Part shown: positions 1-6,550 of the stretch, piece after piece
Layout: each line of letters begins with the position of its first letter
Numbering within the stretch: position 1 is the stretch's first letter
Notes under the pieces: model-generated
Database searches by the model: none
Told to the model about the DNA's origin: nothing
Seen by the model: only the letters and a program-made list of their open reading frames with translations
Program-made: the position numbers and the translations under genes
DNA from: a virus
Strand: one strand, 5' to 3'
Length of the DNA stretch: 35,059 nt
IMG/VR virus record: IMGVR_UViG_3300020138_000005
Coordinates: 1 to 35,059 of that record

Positions 1-127
1 AAGCAATAAATGACCGTGGCAGGTTAGATTGTTGGAAATAGTGTCGATGTCGCTACTCCGTAAAACGCCTTATCAAGCAATACATCGTGCCGTCCGTAAG
101 TGTGCCACCATATCGGGTAGCGGTAAA
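1..127. repeat. Terminal direct repeat, left copy; identical to 34933..35059
   Basis: Base-by-base reading shows 1..127 equals 34933..35059. A length of exactly 127 is typical of a k-mer overlap in a circular assembly. Confidence 0.95.
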
Positions 128-187
128 CATGAAGCGATTAGCTTAGACCTGTCTAGTAAACCGTGTCTTCGCTATGAAAAACAATTA

Positions 188-214
188 CAGCTCTTCGGGG
201 CTGTTTTTGTTTTA
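188..214 (+). terminator. Rho-independent terminator
   Basis: Stem cagctc/gggctg (one G-U pair) with a ttcg loop, followed by tttttgtttt. It lies inside track ORF 29..268, which argues that ORF is not coding. Confidence 0.7.
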
Positions 215-299
215 AACAAGATGCGATATAATAAAAGTAAGATAGTAGTTCGCACCACTATCTTATAAGTAAAAATAACTTGAGGGTAGTGTTTACTAG

Positions 300-308
300 T
301 GATATAAT
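300..308 (+). promoter_or_regulatory. Extended -10 promoter, tgatataat
   Basis: Matches TGNTATAAT. An intrinsic terminator follows about 25 nt later, before the first gene. Confidence 0.5.
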
Positions 309-331
309 ACAACTAGCGAACTACGCAGAAT

Positions 332-357
332 AGCCACCCTCATCGGTGGCTTTTTTG
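332..357 (+). terminator. Rho-independent terminator or attenuator in the leader of the 378 gene
   Basis: 7-bp stem agccacc/ggtggct with loop ctcatc, followed by tttttt. Confidence 0.7.
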
Positions 358-377
358 TACCCTCAGAGGGGGCATAC

Positions 378-866
378 ATGAAAACAGCAATATTAAAAAC
401 AAGCTTATGGGATGATGATTCGTTTTATGAGCTGAATATAGATACTAAGTTACTTTATCTATTGTTAGTGTCGGCACCAGAAAGAGGTGTTAGCGACGTG
501 TATAAAGTTTCTGACCGTATATTATCTGTCAGAAGTGGTCTTAATAACAACCAAATAAAAGTATGTAAAGAGCAATTAGTTAACGCTGGTATGGCAGAAT
601 TTGAAGAAAACTATGTTTGGTTAAAAGGTGAAGCTTTTGTGCAACCAAAACGTGGTAGGTTCACTGACGACGCTTTAATGCGTGAAGCACATGAATTACC
701 AGAAAATATCAGGGGTAAGTTTAATAGTAGTTTAATAGTAGAATACTATAACGATACTTTGTATAAAGATAATAATAACGATATAAATAAAGATAATGAT
801 AAAGGGTATAAAAAGTATCTTTCAGCTAGGGAACAACTAAAAAGAAAACTAGCTGTTAATAGTTGA
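378..866 (+). CDS. Hypothetical protein; possible winged-helix or DnaD/replisome-organizer-like DNA-binding protein
   Basis: 162-aa ORF with SD gaggggg 5 nt upstream of the ATG. The N-terminal pattern (LWDDDSFYELNIDTKLLYLLLVS) resembles DnaD-like phage proteins, but the match is weak. Confidence 0.3.
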   Translation: MKTAILKTSLWDDDSFYELNIDTKLLYLLLVSAPERGVSDVYKVSDRILSVRSGLNNNQIKVCKEQLVNAGMAEFEENYVWLKGEAFVQPKRGRFTDDALMREAHELPENIRGKFNSSLIVEYYNDTLYKDNNNDINKDNDKGYKKYLSAREQLKRKLAVNS

Positions 867-1195
867 GCAATATGAAAGCAACGAAATTGCCACCTTATGA
901 CGCTGTAAGACTAAAACACGTTGATTCTGATGGTTCATACAAAGAATATAAGTTATGGAGAAAAAGTCAGGAATATATAATCTGGAGAAACAAACAATGG
1001 AAAAAACAAGACGGTAGATGTGCTTATTGCCGTATGTCTTTGATTGGTAAAAAGACGTGTGTTGAGCATGTATTACCGCAATGGCTAAAAACTAGGAACA
1101 TAAACTCTGGTAAGAATCTAGTGTTAGCTTGTGTGGAATGCAACAAGAAAAAAGGTTCTAAAATATTGAGGAAAAACAGACGACCAAGATTTTAA
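863..1195 (+). CDS. HNH endonuclease, terminase-associated type
   Basis: Motifs CAYC..., VEHVLPQ..., and LACVECNKKKG form an HNH ββα-metal zinc-finger core. The gene sits directly upstream of terS/terL. The start is either TTG 863, which overlaps the upstream TGA, or ATG 872. Confidence 0.85.
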   Translation: MSNMKATKLPPYDAVRLKHVDSDGSYKEYKLWRKSQEYIIWRNKQWKKQDGRCAYCRMSLIGKKTCVEHVLPQWLKTRNINSGKNLVLACVECNKKKGSKILRKNRRPRF

Positions 1196-1231
1196 AATAT
1201 CAGGGTGGCAGTTCTATGCTAAACTAAGCTC

Positions 1232-1681
1232 ATGAGTAAGGTGGAAAAGAATAATACAAAACACCCAGGTGGCAGACCACTGAAGTTTAAGACTGTTGAA
1301 GAATTGCAAGCAGCCATTGATGAATATTTTGACTATTGTGATAACCGTATAAAACAAGTTCATTCAAAAGAAGGTGAATCATACGCCGTCGCAAATCCTG
1401 AACCTTATACAATGGCAGGGTTGGCTTACAAGATAGGATTAAGTAGACAAGGGCTTATTGACTATGCAAGTCGTGATGAGTTTATTGACGCTATAAAAGA
1501 CGCTAGGGCAAGAGTCGAGGCTGATGTAGAGCGTAGAATGAATGACAAAGAAACATTCACACCTGGATTGATATTCAACGCAAAGAATAACTTTGGCTGG
1601 AAAGATAAAACCGAGCAAGAGCTTACCCTTACAGAAAAACCTAAACCACTAGAAGACCTCACAAAACCAAAAAAGGGGTAG
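1232..1681 (+). CDS. terS: Terminase small subunit
   Basis: N-terminal GGRPLKF...EELQAAIDEYFDYC is typical of gp3-like small terminases. The gene lies immediately upstream of terL. Confidence 0.75.
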   Translation: MSKVEKNNTKHPGGRPLKFKTVEELQAAIDEYFDYCDNRIKQVHSKEGESYAVANPEPYTMAGLAYKIGLSRQGLIDYASRDEFIDAIKDARARVEADVERRMNDKETFTPGLIFNAKNNFGWKDKTEQELTLTEKPKPLEDLTKPKKG

Positions 1682-1684
1682 ACT

Positions 1685-3742
1685 GTGGCATACGCCATTA
1701 CAACCGCCTACAAAAAACTCAATTCCATGAAACAGAGGGTGCGTATCCTCCAAGGAGGCACTTGCTTCGCTAAAGGCACTCTAGTGCTAATGTCAGACGG
1801 TTCATACAAGCCTATTGATAAGATTGTCGGTGGCGATTATGTATTGAGCAGGGGTGTAAACGGTGGTATAATCAAAACAGAGGTAATAAGGCAGTGGGAA
1901 AACCAGCCTTGTAAACCTATTTTGAATATCTCAATAAACGGCGAGAGGATAAAGGCAACATATGACCACAAGTTTTACACCCCCAGCGGATACAAAGAAC
2001 TATACAAAATTGCCTGGGGAGCAATGGCGGAGAGCCAAAGGCTTCAGCTCAAACTATTATGTGAGCAATATGGGGCGGATATTGACATTAACCCACTACG
2101 GGCACAAGAACTCACCAGCTATAATGAAACCAGCAAAAGCGAAGGACTCGCGCCGACCGAACGACACCAATTACTATCTGAGAGCAGTTATGGACGGCAA
2201 GACAGTAAAACCTCACAGGGTGGTAGCTCAAACTTGGATACCAAACCCGAACAACTACCCGCAGGTGAATCACAAGAACGGCAACAAATCGGACAACCGA
2301 GCAGAGAACTTGGAGTGGTGCAACAATCAGACGAACCAAAAACACGCCTACCTAATGGGGTTACGTCAGCCAATGCAGGGCGAGAAGAACCACAAAGCGA
2401 AGCTAACAGCCGAAGATGTTATGGAGATACGCAGAAGCTGGAATATGGACATGGACAGGCTAACCCGAAAAGGATACGCCCAAAAGTTTGGCGTATCGGA
2501 GCTGACGATAAAGGACGTTTTGGCAAATCGAAGCTGGAAGTGGCTACCGTTGACGATATACGGGTACAAGAATGGGAAGCGGTATATGCGATTGAAACCG
2601 AAACAGGGAACTACTTTGTCAGCCGACAAAATGTAGCCGTATCTAATAGTGCTGGTAAGACAATAGCTATATTATTATGGTTAATAAACTATGCTACTAA
2701 AAATAAGGGCAAACTTATAACAATCGCAGCCGTAAGTTATCCACACCTTAGGCGTGGTGCTATGCGAGACTTTAAGAATATCCTGACCGAGAATAACTAC
2801 TGGGAATACTACCAGATACAACAAAACAAAGCAGAATCTACTTTTACATTCTTTAACGGCACGACAATTGAGTTTGTAGCACTAGACGAAGGAACAGCTA
2901 GAGGGGCAAGGCGTGATGTCTTATTCGTAAATGAGTGCAACCTTATACCTCATGCTACCTATGACCAGCTAGAAGTCCGTACAAGGGAATTAGTTATCTT
3001 AGACTACAACCCGACAACAGAGTTCTGGGTGCATACTGACGTGATACCGACTACCGAGCATGACTTTGACATATTCACCTACAAGGATAATGAAAGCCTT
3101 GAGGATAGTATTGTAAAGTCTATTGAAAGTCGCAAAGGTAATAAAAACTGGTGGAAAGTATACGGACTAGGACAGATTGGTGAGCTAGAGGGATTAGTCT
3201 ATTCAGGCTGGACAGTTACCGATATACCAGAGCAAGCCGAGTTACTAGGTTATGGGTTGGACTTTGGATTCACTAACGACCCTACGGCTATTGTCGCAGT
3301 ATATAAGCACGATGGTAGATATATTTTAGATGAGATTTGTTACAAGACTGGACTATTCAATACAGATATAGCCGATATTATCCGAGCAAACAAATTAGAT
3401 AGAGTTCTAGGTGTAGCAGATAGTGCAGAACCTAAAAGCATTGCCGAACTGGATAGAATGGGCATAACTATCAAGGGAGCTAATAAGCAAGCACCTCAAG
3501 AGAGTAAAGACAGCTATCGGACATGGGCTGTTAATAAGATACAAGAGATGACCGTAAGTTATACGCCAAGAAGCGTAAACCTGCAAAAAGAATACTTGAG
3601 TTATATGTGGGAAACTAATAGATTCGGTAAAACACTGAACGTACCGCAAGACGGCAATGACCACGCCCTAGACGCCTCCAAGTATAAACTGATTGACCTT
3701 ATATCGCCTAAGATTGCCTGGGCTAAACCAAGAGGCTTATAA
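1685..3742 (+). CDS. terL: Terminase large subunit precursor containing a 295-aa intein in the Walker A loop
   Basis: GTG start. The exteins join as ...RILQGGT|SAGKT..., restoring GxxxxGKT. Downstream are an ATPase region (DVLFVNE, Walker B-like) and a nuclease region. A single open frame of 685 codons. Confidence 0.9.
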   Translation: MAYAITTAYKKLNSMKQRVRILQGGTCFAKGTLVLMSDGSYKPIDKIVGGDYVLSRGVNGGIIKTEVIRQWENQPCKPILNISINGERIKATYDHKFYTPSGYKELYKIAWGAMAESQRLQLKLLCEQYGADIDINPLRAQELTSYNETSKSEGLAPTERHQLLSESSYGRQDSKTSQGGSSNLDTKPEQLPAGESQERQQIGQPSRELGVVQQSDEPKTRLPNGVTSANAGREEPQSEANSRRCYGDTQKLEYGHGQANPKRIRPKVWRIGADDKGRFGKSKLEVATVDDIRVQEWEAVYAIETETGNYFVSRQNVAVSNSAGKTIAILLWLINYATKNKGKLITIAAVSYPHLRRGAMRDFKNILTENNYWEYYQIQQNKAESTFTFFNGTTIEFVALDEGTARGARRDVLFVNECNLIPHATYDQLEVRTRELVILDYNPTTEFWVHTDVIPTTEHDFDIFTYKDNESLEDSIVKSIESRKGNKNWWKVYGLGQIGELEGLVYSGWTVTDIPEQAELLGYGLDFGFTNDPTAIVAVYKHDGRYILDEICYKTGLFNTDIADIIRANKLDRVLGVADSAEPKSIAELDRMGITIKGANKQAPQESKDSYRTWAVNKIQEMTVSYTPRSVNLQKEYLSYMWETNRFGKTLNVPQDGNDHALDASKYKLIDLISPKIAWAKPRGL
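1864..1872 (+). promoter_or_regulatory. Internal extended -10 box, tggtataat, about 90 nt upstream of the nested HNH ORF
   Basis: Perfect TGNTATAAT inside the intein N-lobe coding sequence. The same 9-mer precedes the two other free-standing HNH genes. Confidence 0.4.
1962..2636 (+). CDS. NUMOD4/HNH_3-type homing endonuclease, nested in the +1 frame inside the terL intein
   Basis: NUMOD4-like EQWRRAKGFSSNYYVSNMGRI. HNH core HRVVAQTWIPNPNNYPQVNHKNGNKSDNRAENLEWCNNQTNQKHA. C-terminal HTH-like KLTAEDVMEIRR...GVSELTIKDVLANRSW. The stop lies 11 nt before the C-terminal splice junction. Confidence 0.85.
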   Translation: MTTSFTPPADTKNYTKLPGEQWRRAKGFSSNYYVSNMGRILTLTHYGHKNSPAIMKPAKAKDSRRPNDTNYYLRAVMDGKTVKPHRVVAQTWIPNPNNYPQVNHKNGNKSDNRAENLEWCNNQTNQKHAYLMGLRQPMQGEKNHKAKLTAEDVMEIRRSWNMDMDRLTRKGYAQKFGVSELTIKDVLANRSWKWLPLTIYGYKNGKRYMRLKPKQGTTLSADKM

Positions 3743-3748
3743 CTGATT

Positions 3749-3757
3749 TGCTACAAT
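3749..3757 (+). promoter_or_regulatory. Extended -10 promoter, tgctacaat, 6 nt before ATG 3764 (predicted leaderless)
   Basis: TG-N-TACAAT, then aagagt, then ATG. No SD is possible in that spacing. Confidence 0.55.
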
Positions 3758-3763
3758 AAGAGT

Positions 3764-4111
3764 ATGAGTACATGCAAAAAAGAAGTTGACTTATGTATCA
3801 CGCAGGGTGATGAAAAAGCTTACAATCTGACCTTCAAAGACGGCGACGGCAACGCTATAAACATTACTGGTAGCACAGTATCTTTTAGTGCAAAAGCAAG
3901 ACTATCTGATACGGCTACGGTTATAAGTAAAGATGTAACAAACCATACCGACCCGACCAATGGCAAAACTACTATCACTCTAACTACTACGGATACAAAC
4001 ATAGATAGAGGTGTTTACTACTATGATATTCAGATACAAGGTGGTGGCATCAACCGCAAAACAGTAGTTAAGGGCAAACTAGAGATTACCTGGCAAGTTA
4101 CGGAGGGTTAA
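3764..4111 (+). CDS. Small Ig-like/BppU-N-like β-sandwich protein (fibre anchor or decoration candidate)
   Basis: 115 aa. The pattern ITQGDEKAYNLTFKDGDGNAINITGSTVSFSAK...GVYYYDIQI is typical of phage Ig-like baseplate or fibre N-domains. Confidence 0.4.
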   Translation: MSTCKKEVDLCITQGDEKAYNLTFKDGDGNAINITGSTVSFSAKARLSDTATVISKDVTNHTDPTNGKTTITLTTTDTNIDRGVYYYDIQIQGGGINRKTVVKGKLEITWQVTEG

Positions 4112-5896
4112 ATGGACATTGATGTTGTCATTGAAGATGCGCAGCCTATCAATGTAACTCTTGGTGATGCGACAAACTACTATAATGGTGGAGCTACTCC
4201 TGAGTGGGGTAATATCACCGGAACACTATCTGACCAAACCGACCTGCAAACAGAATTAAACAATAAGGTGAATACCAGTTCTCTAGCCACCGTAGCGACA
4301 AGCGGTGACTATGGTGACCTTACCAATACACCAACCCTCGGAACCGCAGCAGCAGCCGACACCACAGACTTTGCTACAGCAGCACAAGGCTCTACGGCCG
4401 ACACAGCCCTGCAACCAGGTGATGACATCTCAGACCTCACTAATGACGCTGGGTATATTACCGCAGGAGACATCCCTGCTGATGCAGTTTCTAGCGTAAA
4501 CACACAAACAGGGGCTGTAGTCCTCGACGCTGATGATATTGACGACACCACTACGACCAACAAGTTCGCGACAGCAGCTCAGTTATCCAACGCCGATACC
4601 GCCGTACAACCAGGTGACCTCGCAACTGTCGCCACGACAGGTGATTACGATGACCTCATAAACAAACCAACCATCGCTTCTGAATGGGGCGATATTACTG
4701 GGACACTCTCTGACCAGACAGACCTACAGAATGCTCTTGATGAGAAAGCTGATGCAAGCTCTCTAGCTACTGTTGCGACGACAGGTGACTACGATGACCT
4801 TACGAATACCCCATCTATCCCTAACGAATTGACCGACCTAGACACCACCGTTACAGGCTCACAACTCAATAGCGACCACTCCAAGCTCTCTGGTATCGAA
4901 GCCAACGCTGACGTTACTGACGCTACAAATGTAGCTGCTGCTGGTGCAGTGATGACAAGTGGCGACCAAACGATTAGCGGCGATAAAACTTTTACGGGAA
5001 TTATCCAGGTGCCGACACTGAAAAGTCACGATGGTAATTTCCAAAAAAGAATTAACTTAGATGGTAACAACTTCTCGTACCAGACATATGGCAGCCATAG
5101 GTTCGCTATTTACGATGGTGCAGCGTACGCCGATAAGTTTCATATCACTAGAAACAGCGGCTCAAACTGGGGTGTTGGCATAGGTGTATCGACCCCTACC
5201 GAACGGCTGGATGTTGACGGCAATATTGCAGTCTCAGGCACAGTAGACGGTAGAGATGTATCGACAGACGGGGCTACCTTGGACGCACTTGGCTCAAGTG
5301 TTCGTAAGCGGATTGGCACTGGAACGGGCATGGTATACGGCAACACAGAGCGAGACTATAGGATACTCGGGCAGGCGTATTTAAATAATACCAACACCGC
5401 CACTCCGAGTACGAACCGCTGGTACTTTGAATTTTATGACGTTGTGGAACCAGTTACCGTTGACAGAGTGGCTATCGAGGTTACAGCCGCTGGGGCAGCA
5501 GGGAAATTGGTACGCATGGCACTCTATACAGCCGATACATACATGCAACCGCAGACACTTATTCAGGATTTTGGGACAGTCGCAACCGATGTTGGCTCTG
5601 TACCTACAATGCAGATTGTAACTATAAACCCTACACTCACTTTGCAGCCTGGTAGATATGTGGGGATAATTATACAAGATGGCGGTGCGTCATTCAGAAC
5701 TATCACGGGCTACTCATTGTCTGGCAACTCACTCAACGGTGCTGCTGGGGTGAACCCTTATAGAAATATTGGGTCACTTGGCGGTAGTGGAACCGTAGCA
5801 AATGGCTTCGCGACGGTAAACCCTAGGTGGGAGCGTGACATTTATACTACTGGAGGTGCGGTGAGTTACTTTATGAGGTTTAGGGAGGTAGCATGA
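4112..5896 (+). CDS. Fibre protein with repeated modules
   Basis: LATVAT(S/T)GDY(G/D)DL(T/I)N(T/K)P occurs three times. EWG(N/D)ITGTLSDQTDLQ occurs twice. The ISGDKTFTG motif is present. All are common in phage tail fibres. The C-terminal roughly 250 aa is unique. Confidence 0.7.
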   Translation: MDIDVVIEDAQPINVTLGDATNYYNGGATPEWGNITGTLSDQTDLQTELNNKVNTSSLATVATSGDYGDLTNTPTLGTAAAADTTDFATAAQGSTADTALQPGDDISDLTNDAGYITAGDIPADAVSSVNTQTGAVVLDADDIDDTTTTNKFATAAQLSNADTAVQPGDLATVATTGDYDDLINKPTIASEWGDITGTLSDQTDLQNALDEKADASSLATVATTGDYDDLTNTPSIPNELTDLDTTVTGSQLNSDHSKLSGIEANADVTDATNVAAAGAVMTSGDQTISGDKTFTGIIQVPTLKSHDGNFQKRINLDGNNFSYQTYGSHRFAIYDGAAYADKFHITRNSGSNWGVGIGVSTPTERLDVDGNIAVSGTVDGRDVSTDGATLDALGSSVRKRIGTGTGMVYGNTERDYRILGQAYLNNTNTATPSTNRWYFEFYDVVEPVTVDRVAIEVTAAGAAGKLVRMALYTADTYMQPQTLIQDFGTVATDVGSVPTMQIVTINPTLTLQPGRYVGIIIQDGGASFRTITGYSLSGNSLNGAAGVNPYRNIGSLGGSGTVANGFATVNPRWERDIYTTGGAVSYFMRFREVA

Positions 5897-6219
5897 TAGT
5901 CAGCACAGTATACGGAGCAGGCGGGTTAGACACCACTAAGCCAAATAACAACATCATTGAGACTACAGAGCGAATAAACGCTGATGAGTGCGTGGTCAAA
6001 GAGTACGATGGCGAAACGGTAGTGAGAGAAACAACTGTAAATATACCAGAGCCACCACAAACACCAGTTCTACTAAGCGTGCCATCTGACGCTGTTGATG
6101 AGCTAATTTCAGCCATGGATGATAGCTCGGTGAATAGTGTCGCAGACATCAAGCAGAGTATTATGCAGTTTGCTAGCAAGATTATGAGTTCAACAGATGC
6201 GGGAGTGAGTAACAATTAA
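5893..6219 (+). CDS. Hypothetical protein, possibly a fibre accessory or chaperone
   Basis: 108-aa ORF whose start overlaps the stop of the fibre gene (ATGA). No recognisable motif. Confidence 0.5.
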   Translation: MIVSTVYGAGGLDTTKPNNNIIETTERINADECVVKEYDGETVVRETTVNIPEPPQTPVLLSVPSDAVDELISAMDDSSVNSVADIKQSIMQFASKIMSSTDAGVSNN

Positions 6220-6295
6220 TAATCTACAGGAGCAGAAAGAAGAACTAGCCAGTCAGATTGCCCAGAGTAAGCAGGAGCTAGGGTTATAACAGCTT

Positions 6296-6304
6296 TGCTA
6301 TAAT
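6296..6304 (+). promoter_or_regulatory. Extended -10 promoter, tgctataat
   Basis: TGNTATAAT in an intergenic region upstream of the 6338 and portal genes. Confidence 0.5.
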
Positions 6305-6337
6305 GGATAGAGAACAGATAACACAGGATTTATCCCT

Positions 6338-6550
6338 TTGAAAGACAACCTACGAAAAATAATATCCAAGTTGAAATCATCGCCATATGAATACTATATT
6401 CTGACCCTCATATCACTGGGCATACCGTTAGTAGCATTTTTGTACTTTGATTACCGAGCTGCTATTTTATCTTTCGTAATTATACAAAGTGTAATTGGTT
6501 TACTTGCTATAAAGAACGAATCAGAGGCTGCAAGCGATGACAGTAATTAA
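6338..6550 (+). CDS. Small membrane protein
   Basis: 70 aa, TTG start, two hydrophobic segments. It overlaps the portal start. Confidence 0.45.
   Translation: MKDNLRKIISKLKSSPYEYYILTLISLGIPLVAFLYFDYRAAILSFVIIQSVIGLLAIKNESEAASDDSN

Larger units (their letters stand above)
1763..2647 (+). mobile_element. Intein (Hint domain) inserted in the terL P-loop
   Basis: Block A is CFAKGTLVLMSDGSYKPI starting with Cys1. Block B is TYDH (TxxH). Block F is VYAIETETGNYFV. Block G is NVAVSN, followed by the +1 Ser of SAGKT. The penultimate residue is Ser rather than the usual His. Confidence 0.85.

Noticed and set aside
29-268. 79-aa track ORF at the left end
   Set aside because: It has a TTG start and no SD. 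It reads straight through a good intrinsic terminator (188..214) and a promoter-like box, and its composition does not look protein-like. I treat the region as non-coding.
2112-2629. Three - strand track ORFs (2112..2345, 2188..2373, 2366..2629) inside the intein/HNH region
   Set aside because: They have no motifs, no SDs and low-complexity products. They are best explained as shadows of a region already constrained in two + strand frames.
6209-6286. Coiled-coil-looking peptide (NNLQEQKEELASQIAQSKQELGL) in the +1 frame just after the stop of 5893..6219, hinting at a +1 frameshift extension at aat-taa
   Set aside because: Only about 25 codons are open. There is no start codon, no recognisable shift-prone context beyond the stop, and no supporting conservation that I can assess. 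It could easily arise by chance.
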